A stretch of 64,000 nucleotides of DNA from Azolla caroliniana (taxonomy: Eukaryota; Plantae; Polypodiophyta), in assembly GCA_043228905.1 (NCBI GenBank), contig JBHGNT010000011.1, positions 12,586,001-12,650,000 on the forward strand, given 5' to 3'. Below are positions 1-11,759 of the stretch, one piece after another. How positions within the stretch are numbered: the stretch's first letter is position 1; every line of letters starts with the position of its first letter. The notes under the pieces are model-generated. The model saw only the letters and a list, made by a program, of their open reading frames with translations. It was not told the origin of the DNA and searched no databases. Position numbers and translations under genes: made by a program.

Positions 1-330
1 AGTGATTCACATATGCTCTTTATTTTCAGAGCATACTCATTCACTGACATCTTACCTTTTTCCAAGGTATTTAGCTCAGCCTTCAACTAAAGCTTTCTAG
101 CCTTTGTGTTCACTGTGAACAGTTTTACCAAATTGTCCCAAGCTTCTTTTGGAAGCTCCTGTATGTGTCCAAGCATCGAATCTGAGATGTTAAGTGAGAG
201 CCAATGTAATACCTTTCTTGCCCCTTGATTCCATTCCTTAAATGCTTTAATCTGTGCAGTAGTTGCATTTTCTTTAGGGATCTCTAGAGCCTCTTCTAGG
301 TCTCCTTCAACGTAATCCCAGTATCCTTTT
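1..330 (-). pseudogene. Copia element Z gag, part downstream of the A1 insertion; runs off the window
   Basis: Minus-strand translation KGYWDYVEGDLEEALEIPKENATTAQIKALKEWNQGARKVLHWLS... continues the gag start at 7048 across the CTTTT TSD; internal stop present. Confidence 0.85.
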
Positions 331-736
331 TGTTGAGAGACAAGCTCAACATCGGCCGGATCGGCTGAAGAAGCCGAGGACCGGATCGGTTGGGACCGAT
401 CGGTTAGGCTGAGTGCGTAAACCGGGAGGTCATTAGGAAAGATATTCCGTGAGGAATATATTTGGGAGTTAGTGTAGGAGCTCTAAATGAGCATTGAAGT
501 ACTGCCAGTACTTCTGTCAGTCCTTCTAGGACTTGTATAAGAGTGTTCATTGAACACACATATGTATAGAGTGTGGTGAATACAGACTGAGCATTTTTTT
601 GAATATATTTCTTGTGTTCTCTCTCACTCTCTCTGTCTCTCCCGCGTATATTGCGTAAGCTCAAGCTCTCCATTAAACCTGAGTTTTCTTCCTTCTGTTC
701 GGTCTTCATACCTGCTTCCGCACGCCACTTTCTACA
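331..736 (+). repeat. 5' LTR of A1
   Basis: Near-identical to 6543-6948; TGTTG...CTACA. Confidence 0.95.
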
Positions 737-748
737 TGGTATCAGAGC
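737..748 (+). promoter_or_regulatory. Primer-binding site (initiator tRNA-Met)
   Basis: TGGTATCAGAGC directly after the LTR. Confidence 0.95.
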
Positions 749-3700
749 GCGAGGGTTGAGAACCTCTCTGCAGTCGACACAGCTTGACGAAGAAGAACTA
801 GAAGAACGATGGATAGAGGCATGACGAGCTCGCTTCCAACAGAGAAGCTCGACAGAACCAACTACGCGTCTTGGTCCTACAAGATGCACCAGTACCTGCT
901 CGGGCACGGCTACTGGAGTTATGTCGAAGGAGCTAATGACGCGGCACCCGAATCGACACACAGAGACTTCCCATCGTGGGAGCAATCGGCGAGCAGGGTA
1001 TTATACTGCTTCGCGTCGTGTGTGGGCGAACAACTATTGAGCTATGTTCGGGATGCAAAGACACCGAAGGGTGCATGGGAAAATCTGAAGAAGATTTTCG
1101 CTGCGAGCACCACAGCCAGGAAGCTTCAGCTCCGACAGGAGTTGAGCAACCTACGACAATGCGACTTGTCGGTGGCGGACTACACCTCGAAGATCAAGGA
1201 TATCTGCGACTCCCTCGCCTCCATAGAGGTGAACATCGAGGAGAATGAGATGGTCCAGATCTGTCTCGGAGGTTTGGCGTTGAAGTTCGGAGCGTTCCGA
1301 ACGGCTGTGTGTACCCGGGAGAATACGTCGTCCTTTCTCGACTTAAAGTCAATGCTCCTGGTAGAGGAGAACGACGTGGGTGCGTCTACAAGCACGCACA
1401 CCGACAGGAGAATGCTGTACACGGAGGGAGATAGGCCCCGTGGACGTGGAGGACGAGGCGAGTCGGCGCACAATGGAGGCGGCCGACGAGATCAAGGAAG
1501 AAGGCACCGAAGTGATGCCGACAGCAACTCCGGACCCTCCGGAAACAAGGGGAGTCGAAGCGATGAGAACCGGCAAGGGAAGGCCATCGCGGAGTGCTGG
1601 TACTGTGGCAAGAAAGGCCACAGGGAAAGTGAGTGCTGGAAGAAGCGCGCCGAGTCGGAGAGAACCGGTTCCGGAAACGGCTCCGGACATACCGACAAGG
1701 GAAATCGGCAGCGATCGCACTACGCCGAAGACTCCGGGAGAGCCGGAGAAGGGTCTGCCTTCGTGACGAGACACGAAGCAAACTCAATGAAATGAACCAC
1801 CCCGAGATCGGACGAGGTGTGGTACGTAGACTCCGGCGCGTCAAACCACATGACGAGCCATAAGGAGTGGTTCTTGTACCTTGAAAAACCGATACAACCT
1901 GGAGTAGTCGCAACTGGAGATGACACTCCGCATCCGATCGCGAATGTCGAAGAAGTTCCCCTTAGCCATGTCGGGCAGAAAGGGAAACTCATGAACATGT
2001 TGCACGTCCCGACAATCACGAAAAACTTGGTCTCGGTCAGACAGATCGTCGACCAAGGGATGGAGGTTCGGTTTACACACCTCGAGTGCTTCATTGAGGA
2101 AGAAGGCCGTGTGATTGCGCAAGGGTGCAGAGATGGGAGGATGTTCATCCTCGACTCCACTGACGGCGGCACCGCAATGTTCGCAAAGGGAAGAAAAACC
2201 GAGTCGGACATCGACTTGTGGCATAAGCGGATAGGCCACGTCAACTACCAGCGGCTTCAAGATCTGCAAACGAAACAGGTAGTATTCGGATTGCCCAAAT
2301 TTAGTGGCCGAAAGGCACAAATTTGTGAAGCCTGCCAGCTCGGGAAGCAACACCGACTTCCTTTCCCAAACGAGCAAAACCGGAGTCGGAATAAGCTCGA
2401 CCTTATACACTCCGATGTATGGGGGCCGGCACAAAACGTTAGTCTTGGCGGGAGCCGATATTTCGTCTCCTTCATCGACGACCACACGCGGCACACGTGG
2501 ATCTACCTCATTGAGAGGAAGAGCGAAGTCTTCGATTGTTCGTGGAAACGGAAACGGGACGGAAGATCCAGTGCCTACGGTCGGATGGCGGGAAAGAGTA
2601 CTTTTCTGGTCAATTCAACGGTTATCTACAACAAATTGGAATTCGTCGCGAATTCAGTTGTAGATACACACCGGAGCAGAACGGCGTGGCCGAGAGAAAG
2701 AATCGGTCAGTTGTGGAAGCGGCACGGGCAATGCTGGAGGAGAAGAGCTTGCCCAAGTTCTACTGGGCCGAGGCGGTAAGGACCGCGGTATACATCCAAA
2801 ACCAGATCGGAGACAAAGTGTCGGCGCACGAGCTATATTTCGGAACGAAGCCGAACTTGCGACACTTGAGGGTGTTCGGTAGCATTGCGTATGTGCATGT
2901 ACCAAAGGAGAAAAGGAGGAAGTTGGACGCAAAAGCCGAGAAATGCATCTTGGTCGGTTACTCGGACGAGCAGAAGGGTTATAAGTGCTATAACCCTCGC
3001 ACCAAACAAGCACGTGTTAGGCGCGACGTTGTTTTTGACGAGTCCGCGTCCTGGTACCAGCCCCGGCTCCGAACCCCGACTCCAATCCGAGTTCTAACGA
3101 TGAGGTCAGCGAGGCCGAGTTGCCTCCGGATGAGCCCGAAATCGAGACCCGCAAAGAGAGTCCGATTTCGCTCCGTTTAAGTGAACCAATTGGATGACTG
3201 AGTCGGTACGACCAGTGCGATGAAGAGCAGGCGAGTAGTGGAGACTCGGTCGTGCATTCCCCGCACAGGAAGCGGAGGAGACGGCTTACTGCAAAGAGAA
3301 AGGGAAGAAGAAGGTGTCGGATTCCGGCACGGATAGGAACGAGTCAGACCGACGCGAGTCCGACTCCGAGGGAACCGGTGACGGGTCTTTAACGGTGAAG
3401 ACCGCGTCGACCGAAAAGGCCTCGACATCGGCTAATGTGAGATTACGCCGATCTACCCGCCAGAAGAATCCTGTTTTGCGGTTCGGATACAATGAGTACA
3501 TGGCGCATCATTATGCGTACATGACCCGTGTAGCGGAAGTGCGTGAGCCGGAGAGCTACGCAGAAGCGGCTAAACACGCGAATTGGCGTGCCGCGATGGA
3601 GGAAGAGATGCACGCATTGGCGGAGAACGAGACCTGGGACCTGGTTGACGCACCAACAGGGGTAAAACCGATCGGGTGTAGGTGAGTGTACAAGGTCAAG

Positions 3701-5000
3701 TACAACACCGATGGCTCCATCAACCGGTACAAGGCTCGGCTAGTGGCAAAGGGCTACGCACAGAAACACGGCATCGACTACGATGAGACGTTTGCGCCGG
3801 TCGCGAAAATGACGATCGTCCGTGTTTTGCTCGCAGTAGTTGCGGCGAAGGGGTGGCACTTACATCAGATAGATGTAAAGAATGCGTTCCTGCAAGGTGA
3901 CCTTGAGGAACAGGTGTACATGGTACAGCCCCCGGATTTCACTCCGGAACGAACTCCTCGGCAGTATGCCGACTGAAGAAGTCCCTTTACGGACTGAAGC
4001 AAGCCCCGCATGCCTGGAACGCGAAGATCACGCAACAACCGCGTCGGATGGGCTTCGTCACGTCAAAATCGGACTCTTCCCTGTTCATCCGGAAAGGTCG
4101 ATTCGGACTGGTTAGTATTTTACTATATGTTGATGACTTGGTCATCACCGGCGCCGACCTAGGTGAAATCGACCGCGTGAAGCTCCAGCTTGCGGCATCG
4201 TTCGACATGAAGGATCTGGGGGACCTTCATTACTTCCTCGGGATCGAAGTGATCCGCACCCCCGAAGGCATATTGATCAGCCAACGTCATTACGTGCTGG
4301 GTATGCTCTTCAAACTCGGGATGGCCAACTGTAAGTCTGTCTCGACTCCTCTCGACAGAACCGTCAAGCTTCGTCCCGATACGGGAAAGGTATGCGACCC
4401 AAGGAGGTTCCGACAAATTGTCGGAAGCCTCATATACTTGACCATCACTCGACCCGACCTCAGTTATCCGATCGGGGTGATCAGTCAGTTCATGGCGCGA
4501 CCTACCGAGGAACACCTTCAGTGTGCGTAACGCGTACTTCAGTACGTAAGCGGCACTAAGGACCGCGGACTGCTATATCGGACCGGTGCAGCGGCGTAGC
4601 TAGTCGGCTACACCAATGCTGATTGGGCTGGCAACGCCGCTGATCGCCGATCCACGTCTGGATACGCGTTCTCCCTTGGGAGTGCCGCAATCGCGTGGAG
4701 CAGTAAGAAGCAGCCGACAGTTGCACTGTCGAGCACCGAAGCTGAGTACCGAGGAGTGGCTGTCGCGACATGCGAAGCAATATGGTTGAAGCGGCTACTT
4801 AAGGACCTGCAAGAGGAGGTGTCCGATCCAACGACGATCTACTGCGACAACCTCAACAGCATCCAACTCGCGAAGAACCTCGTCTTCCACGCACGGACCA
4901 AGCACATTGAGGTGCACTACCATTTCGTCCGTGAGCGTTGTCGTGAAGAATGTGCTTCACGATATAAAAATGAGCTTAAATGTTGTATTTAATAATATTT

Positions 5001-5061
5001 GAGAGACTTGAACCCACATCCTTATATACGATGTACAATGTACATACCACTAGGCTAGGCT
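5001..5061 (-). other. tRNA-like A/B-box cassette 1 in solo LTR
   Basis: Minus strand: A-box TAGCCTAGTGG, stem-loop TTGTA-CATCGTA-TATAA, B-box GGTTCAAGTC. Confidence 0.65.
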
Positions 5062-5136
5062 ATTTATTTGTAAAAGTGTGTAATAAATGTGCTTCATGAT
5101 ATAAGAATGAAGCTATATATTGTATTAAGTAAAATT

Positions 5137-5197
5137 GAGGGACTTGAACCCTCAACCTTGTATACCAAGCACCAAGCATACACCACTAAGCTAGGTT
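5137..5197 (-). other. tRNA-like A/B-box cassette 2 in solo LTR
   Basis: Minus strand: A-box TAGCTTAGTGG, 7-nt loop CTTGGTA, perfect T-arm GAGGG-TTCAAGT-CCCTC. Confidence 0.72.
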
Positions 5198-5444
5198 AGT
5201 TATTTTAGAACGCATTTTTATCATTATACTTATCCCATATCTATTTTCATACATAGCCATCATTCATCACATGCAATGCATGTGCGCCAAATGGCGATCA
5301 TGCATTACATGTAACTCATGCATTGCATGCATGCCATGCTCCCATACATTACCATATGCATGGCAACACTTATATAAAGAGGGGAAAGGGAAAACAAGGT
5401 AAGGAATCAAGAGAGAGTGAGAAAATAATATAATCAATTAAAGA

Positions 5445-5510
5445 AGACTAGCTCATTGGGTGGAGAACCTCTCGTTTCGAAGTTGAAGTCGTGGGTTCAA
5501 ATCAAGGGTC
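5445..5510 (+). other. tRNA-like A/B-box cassette 3 in solo LTR, downstream of the TATA
   Basis: TAGCTCATTGG (5449-5459) ... GTCGTGGGTTCAAATC (B-box 5494-5503) at tRNA-like spacing. Confidence 0.65.
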
Positions 5511-6542
5511 GATAAAGAATGTGTTCAGTTTGCGATCGAGGATTGTAAAGTTTGTAAAATATTATATTTTTCATATACATCATGTTTATATCATATACTT
5601 TTTTTCTTTGAATCATACTTTGTCTTAATCTTCTTTCTAGAATCATACTTTGTCTCAATCTTCTTTCTTGAAGCATACATTGTCTCTATCTTTTATCTAT
5701 GCTCATCTCTCTCTCTCGCACACACACACACATTACTCGTAACTCTTCTTCTTACTATCCTTAACCACTCTATCATCACCATACAAGCCTTATTAAAAGT
5801 TAAGTTTCTTCAACTCCCCTTAACCTTAGTCCCCGCGACTTCGCCGCACGAACCACAACTACCCCGACAGCGTGTCCTTTCCAGTGAAGTCGAACTTCAG
5901 TACGTTCCAACGGATCGGCAGGCTGTCGACATCTTCACCAAGCCTCTTGGTCTGGACAAGTTGCGGCAATTCTCAGGTGCGCTCGGATTGCGTCACCTTG
6001 ATGTGCCGAACTTGAGGGGGAGAACAGTCCCGAACGACCAAGCAAGGCAGCAGGAAAGGAGCGGAGACCGCGACACCGAGTCGGTTGTCGAGTTCGACTT
6101 TGGATTGGCTGAAGAAGCCGAGGGCGGACCCGCGGAAAAGTTCGGAAGCGGACAGAAGGGGAGCAGCCGAAGGAGAGAGCCGAAGCCAACCACGCATGGG
6201 GGAGATGACGCCATCGAGGGCGAGAAGACCGAAGACGAGTTAGAGACAGCCAACTCGGACGAGAGCAAAAACCGATCGGAGGTAGACGAATCGGTTCGAA
6301 TGTTTGATTCAGACACGTTGAATCAACCGAGGCCCAAGCGGAAGAAAAGGCAGCAGGAGAAGCGTCAACACCGCAACAGCAAAAGAGCTGATAAGGGCCG
6401 CATGAGCAGACAAGCCGACCGGAAGGGTCGAAGCGCGCGGAGTCGAATAGGTCGAGGAGCGCGAGCGAGGCGTGAAGCCAGGAGGAACCGGAGTTGTGAG
6501 CCCGAGGATCCCGAAGAGCCTCAAGTTGAGCTTGAGGGGGAG

Positions 6543-6948
6543 TGTTGAGAAACAAGCTCAACATCAGCCAGATCGGCTGAAGAAGTCGAGGACCGGATCG
6601 GTTGGGACCGATCGGTTAGGCCGAGTGCGTAAACCGGGAGGTCGTTAGGAAAGATATTCCGTGAGGAATATATTTGGGAGTTAGTGTAGGAGCTCTAAAT
6701 GAGCATTGAAGTACTGCCAGTACTTCTGTCAGTCCTTCTAGGACTTGTATAAGAGTGTTCATTGAACACACATATGTATAGAGTGTGGTGAATACAGACT
6801 GAGCATTCTTTTGAATATAGTTCTTGTGTTCTCTCTCACTCTCTCTGTCTCTCCCGCATATACTGCGTAAGCTCAAGCTCTCCATTAAACCTGAGTTTTC
6901 TTCCTTCTGTTCGGTCTTCATACCTGCTTCCGCACGCCACTTTCTACA
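6543..6948 (+). repeat. 3' LTR of A1
   Basis: Matches 331-736; preceded by PPT. Confidence 0.95.
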
Positions 6949-7581
6949 CTTTTCCCATAAGGAAATTTGTCATTCTGAATTTCCACGCAGGGAAATTACT
7001 TTTGTCCAATTTTTCTATGACTATTTGGCTTCCATTCTTAGCAGCCATTCTCTCTTTCAAAATTAGGGCTTTTGCTACAATTACTTCAACAAGCAACTCT
7101 CTGATTCAGATTAGCAAATAGAGAAACAACCTTTCTCATATCTCTACTGTTCTAATCTTCTTTATGAGCAACCCAACTGTGATACCATGTTATGAAGGCG
7201 CTACGGCTCTTCTGTGTGCATAACGGATCGTGATGTGTTGGACCGTTTAGTGCTCAAGACAGAAAGGGGAAGGGGAAGGAGACTTACCTCTGCACAGTCC
7301 AAAAGCTTCTATTCCATTACACGCAGAGCTCAACTCACTCTCGTCAGTTTTCTGTTTTCTGTTCTTACTTCTCTCTACACTAATACCTTACTACACTTAC
7401 TTTTTACCTAAGTACATAAGTGACTTACATATGCAGCTAATTAACTGTCTGTAGTTAAATAGTTGTTAGTAGCTAAATAGTTGTTTCACCTTTATCTCCA
7501 CTAGTAGCTAATTAGGTAATAGCTACTATAGCTTATTTCTTAATAAGCATCACATACCTTTGTTGAGCTTGCTTCTCAACA
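6949..7581 (-). mobile_element. 5' part of Copia Z: gag start (ATG 7048), PBS (~7177-7187), 5' LTR 7188-7581
   Basis: MAAKNGSQIVIEKLDKSNFPAWKFRMTNFLMGK; minus-strand TGGTATCACAG; LTR begins TGTTGAGAAGCAAGCTCAACA on the minus strand. Confidence 0.85.
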
Positions 7582-10555
7582 ATGTCAACCAATGGGCCTG
7601 CCTTCGATTCAGTGTACGAGTGGTGGAAAAATAAGCTAAATTTTTATGATCAGTTACTACCTAGATTCGATGTTGTGTGTCGGCCAAGTAGGGTCGCCAT
7701 TCTTCAAAGTCAGAAATGATAGCATCAAGCTCCTTGTCGTATATGGGATAATTGATTTCGGATGCCATGAATTTTCGGGAGTAGTAAGCCATTGGGTGCA
7801 TTAGGTTGGTTTCGTCTGCCTGGGATAAGATGGCGCCAATGGCGAAGTGAGAGGCATTAGTTTCAACTTGGAAGGGTTTTGTGGGGTTGGCATGTAGCAG
7901 CACCGGGGTAGTGATGAATGTGTGTTTGAGTGAGTCGAACGCATTTTGTGCCGCCGAGGCCCATAAAAAAGGAGTACCTTTGCAGGTGAGGGCGATAAGA
8001 GGTTGTGCTCGGGTTGAAAACCCCTTGATGAAGCAACGGTAAAAATTCGCAAACCCGAGGAAGGATTGCACATCTTTAAGTTGACTTCGAGTCGCCCATT
8101 CCCGAATGACACAGACCTTCTTTATATCCATGGTGATGCCAATGGGCGAGATGATGTAGCCTAGGAATTCGATCAAGGTACGGTTGAACTCGCATTTCTC
8201 ACCTTTGGCATAAAGGCCGTGCTCGTGAACTTTGGCAAGAACTAATCGGACTTGGCGAGTGTGTTCCTCCATGTTTGGCGAAAAGATGAGAATATCATCG
8301 AGGTAAATGAAGACAAAATGATCGAGATATTCCCGGAATATAGCGTTCAGCATATGTTAAAAAATTGTTGGGGCATTAGTAAGACCAAAAGGCATTACCT
8401 TGTATTCGAAATGCCCATACCATGTTCGGAATGCTTTTTTCCATTCATCCCACGACTTGATCCATACTACATTATATGCACCACGCAGATCAACTTTGGA
8501 GAAGACACGCGCAATGCGGAGCCGATCAAGGAGTTCAGGGATCAGAGGTAGGGATAGCACAGGGAGTTTGTTGAGATCCCGGTAGTCGATGCATAAGTGT
8601 AGAGAGCCGTCCTTCTTCTTCAAGAAACTTAGAAGGTTGAATAAATCCTTTCTCGAGGTTCTCATTGAGCTACACACGAAGGGCCTTCAGCTCTAGTGTA
8701 GACAACGCATATAGAGGACCAAAGGGTGAACACGTACCTTCTTGAAGATCAATCGGACAGTCGTACAACCGGTGTTCAGGCAAATGATCTGCAGTACATT
8801 TCTCGAATACATCAGAGAAGTCTTCGTAATTGTCGGGAATAACCTGGAGTGTGTTAGAAACGGCGCCACAAATGACCCCGTCCTAGACCGAGGGTGGGGT
8901 GGCCGAGTTGGAAGCGACCTTCTCCGAAGGATATGAAACTAAATTGATCTTCATAGTTTTGCATGAGCATCCTGGCTCGCTAAATGTGATCAAGCAATTG
9001 CACCAATCCACTATTGGATTGTGCGCCTCCAACCATGTTGGTCCTAAAGCGATCGGATGTCAAGTAGATGCAATGAGGTAAAAGGGGAGCTCCTCCAAGT
9101 GTGAGCCCACAAGAAGCCCTAATGGGATCGTAGTTTGAGTAATTTCTCCTGACGAGTGGACATGTTCGTTAGTGGCTTCAACGGGAATGGGTTTTGAGAG
9201 GCAAATCACAGGTACACCATGTGCTTGGGCGAACGCAACGTCGATGATGCAAGAAGACGCCCCAGAATCAAGTAAAGCGATAGACTGAATAGAACTAGAA
9301 TTAAAAGTCATACCTCCAATGTGAAATTGCCTGATGGTCCAGTAATGGAACCAAGAGAATGTGGGTGACGGGAAACGTCTAGCTGCATGGCTCCTACTGC
9401 AACAAGAACGATGTCGTTTTCCAGATGTTGGGGTCCGTTAGCTCAATGGAATTAGGGAGATTAGTCCTAGGACAATGGCGAAGGAGATGACCCGAGGCAC
9501 CAGAATACATGCATAAGCCATTAGCCCGCCGATATTGTCGTTCGACATCAGTCAATGGCCGAAATCGGGCTTGATCAATTTCCATGGGGATTGGAAAATC
9601 TACCAAGTACGGGAGCGTGAGGTAGCTGGCAGGAACGATGTCGTTTTCCAGATGTTGGGGTCCGTTAGCTCAATGGAATTAGGGTGATTAGTCCTAGGAC
9701 AATGGCGAAGGAGATGACCCGAGGCACCAGAATACATGCACAAGCCATTAGCCCGCCGATATTGTCGTTCGGCATCAGTCAATGGCCGAAATCGGGCTTG
9801 ATCAATTTCCATGGGGATTGGAAAATCTGCCAAGTAGGGGAGCGTGAGGTAGCTGGCAGGAATGATGCTTGGGGATGTACTATTGTGGCGTGTCATGGAA
9901 GGGAATGAGTCCCCCAAGTCCCGTGCTCTTCCTGGCGAAATTCAAAAAGTCGATTGTCACAATGGACTGCTTGTGAGATCGCTTGGGATAATGAGGTGGG
10001 CTCGGGAAAGTTCAAGAGAAGATTCTTGACATTGCTCCGAAGGCCCCGCCAAAATTGATCAACTAAGGCTTGATCATCCCAGTTGACGTCACATGCAAAT
10101 TGTCGGAATTCTGAAGCATAGATAAAAGTTGCACGTGAACCTTGTTCGAGGGCATAAAGCTTGGTGAGAGTCGTACGTTGCCGGTCTGTCTTTCCAAATG
10201 TGGCCTCTAACTCCGCAACGAAGGTGGAAAAGTCCTCCAATAGAGGTGAAGAAGTTTCTACTAGTGGTGCAAACCAAGCTTGGGCCAGACCAAAGAGGAG
10301 GGTGCCCACAAGGCCGACTTGTCGAAGATCATCTACATATCGTTGAGGTTGTAGCCGAATGATAAGACAAATTTGGTTGATGAACCCCCAAAAACGTGAA
10401 CTCGTTCCATCAAATTTTTCTGGGAGGCTAACCTTAGGCTCAAGAAAATGAGAAGAATCTAGGCTAGATGTTGGTGTGAAGGTTGGGCTCCGGCCTAGGT
10501 TGCAATGGGAGACTAGGCTCCATGGGTTGTGAGTATAGGGACGCACCTACTTGAA
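7582..10555 (-). mobile_element. Ty3/Gypsy element B (Tcn1-like gag/PR/RT/RH), no LTR visible, interrupted by Z
   Basis: gag EPKVSLPEKFDG (9893-10546), protease ALLDSGAS (9060-9311), [30 protein letters not shown]; similar to element E proteins. Confidence 0.9.
9406..9860. repeat. 227-bp tandem duplication of the gag C-terminus in B
   Basis: GAACGATGTCGTTTTCCAGATG at 9406 and 9633; ORF track shows PMEIDQARFRPLTD...CMYSGASGHLLRHC twice. Confidence 0.9.
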
Positions 10556-10572
10556 GTTCTCATAAACAAGAT

Positions 10573-10836
10573 GTGGATATCATTGTGTACGACTTTACAC
10601 TAACAAAAGCTGGACGTTTAAGGAAGTCAACAATAGACATAATAAAAGAGAATTTGCCAAGTCTACAAGGCTTCTCAGATCGAAGGCAGACTAGATCTTC
10701 TACACATGATTTGGAGTCACAACATTTGCTTTTAGATGAAGACAATGCTTTGATTGGTATATCTGATAAGGAGGGTGAATCACCATTGTATATTAGGCTC
10801 TATAGTAGTGATTCTTATGGGAGGAATAACTCTTGA
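10573..10836 (+). pseudogene. C-terminal fragment of an unidentified, probably DNA-transposon protein
   Basis: DIIVYDFTLTKAGRLRKSTIDIIKENL; homologous to a minus-strand fragment at ~11360-11460. Family not identified. Confidence 0.4.
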
Positions 10837-11339
10837 TCGTATTTTTTGGCATGAACAGTTAACAATATAAGCTTGTAACACTGGGACATTTAAAACAGGT
10901 AATATGTCGCATTTTGAGAACTGTCCATCAAAAAATGACACAAATTAGGGTGATTCACAAAAAGGGGTGCCGCATGCATAAAGGATTTTTAAAAATGACC
11001 CAAAAATATATTGATTTTTAGCATGTACGAAAATTTAGGTGTTCAAAAAAATGCCTAAATAATGGACATGCCAAACTTACAAATGAATGTCGAAGATGAC
11101 TAACACCAATATTTATAGAAATTCATGAATCCAAATCTTGATGTACAATACAATATTTATAGTTAACGTATCAGAACAATTGTTTTCCAAGTTTATGCCA
11201 TCATCTTCATACCCATTAGATGAACTAGTAATAGTTTATGAGGTTTCATCCTCATCATCAATGGCAACTAATGCATTTTCTTCATCCAATTGCAATCCAA
11301 CCTTATCGAGGTTATGAGTCATGCTTCTTGTTTGTCTTT

Positions 11340-11700
11340 GTGTTGTGTCTGAAGCCACATTCTAGATCCTCTTTTAGTATCTTCATTGTGGTCTGTCGCA
11401 GATAACTTGTTTTGGTCAAAGATAAGTCATACACTAGTATATAAACATTATCCAATGTAAGAGTAGATGTGCTTGATTATGTGAGAGAAGCTTTCTACCA
11501 AAATCATTAGAATCTAAAAATTGTCGTAAAGATGTTTTTCGTTTTTCTTAGATTCTCATAGTAAGCCTTTGATGTCATACAAAAATGTAATTCATTCCAT
11601 CTAGATTTGATCCACCATGTTGAATTTTACTCTATACATCCAGAATTGGAGGTAGTGCATCAAATTCCTGTTGTAAGTCTTGGAATTTTTTTTTAAATTT
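11340..11700 (-). pseudogene. Diverged paralogous fragment of the 10573 ORF
   Basis: Minus-strand translation TLTLDNVYILVYDLSLTKTSYLRQTTMKILKEDL. Confidence 0.4.
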
Positions 11701-11759
11701 CCATTAAAAAAATACTCTTGCATTACATCAAATTCTTGCTACATAGTCTAAACTATGTT

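Larger units (their letters stand above)
4939..5869 (+). mobile_element. Solo LTR, 931 bp, TGTCG...CGACA class, inserted in the A1 RNase H
   Basis: Termini TGTCG/CGACA; 4-bp TSD GCGT (4935-4938, 5870-5873); removing it restores GAGCGTGTCCTTTCC as in A2; TATA at ~5371. Confidence 0.9.
809..6548 (+). pseudogene. A1 gag-pol polyprotein with stops and frameshifts, interrupted by a solo LTR
   Basis: CCHC knuckle CWYCGKKGHRESEC, protease WYVDSGASNHM, integrase HSDVWGP/LRSDGG, RT LLYVDDLV, RNase H YCDN...[11 protein letters not shown]. Confidence 0.93.
331..6948 (+). mobile_element. Ty1/Copia LTR retrotransposon A1, full length, decayed
   Basis: 406-bp LTRs 331-736 and 6543-6948 (TG...CA); TSD CTTTT at 326-330 and 6949-6953; PBS; PPT GAGGGGGAG before the 3' LTR; gag-PR-IN-RT-RH order. 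Confidence 0.97.

Noticed and set aside
1349-2494. Long antisense and alternate-frame ORFs in Copia A (also 44362-45800, 5935-6564)
   Set aside because: Expected shadows of GC-rich coding sequence; no recognisable domains.
5001-5510. Functional tRNA genes
   Set aside because: Acceptor stems are incomplete and several invariant positions are lost; reported only as tRNA-like cassettes.
9893-10546. Domesticated PEG10/RTL-like gag gene
   Set aside because: Embedded in a frameshifted Gypsy with PR/RT; ordinary Tcn1-like gag.
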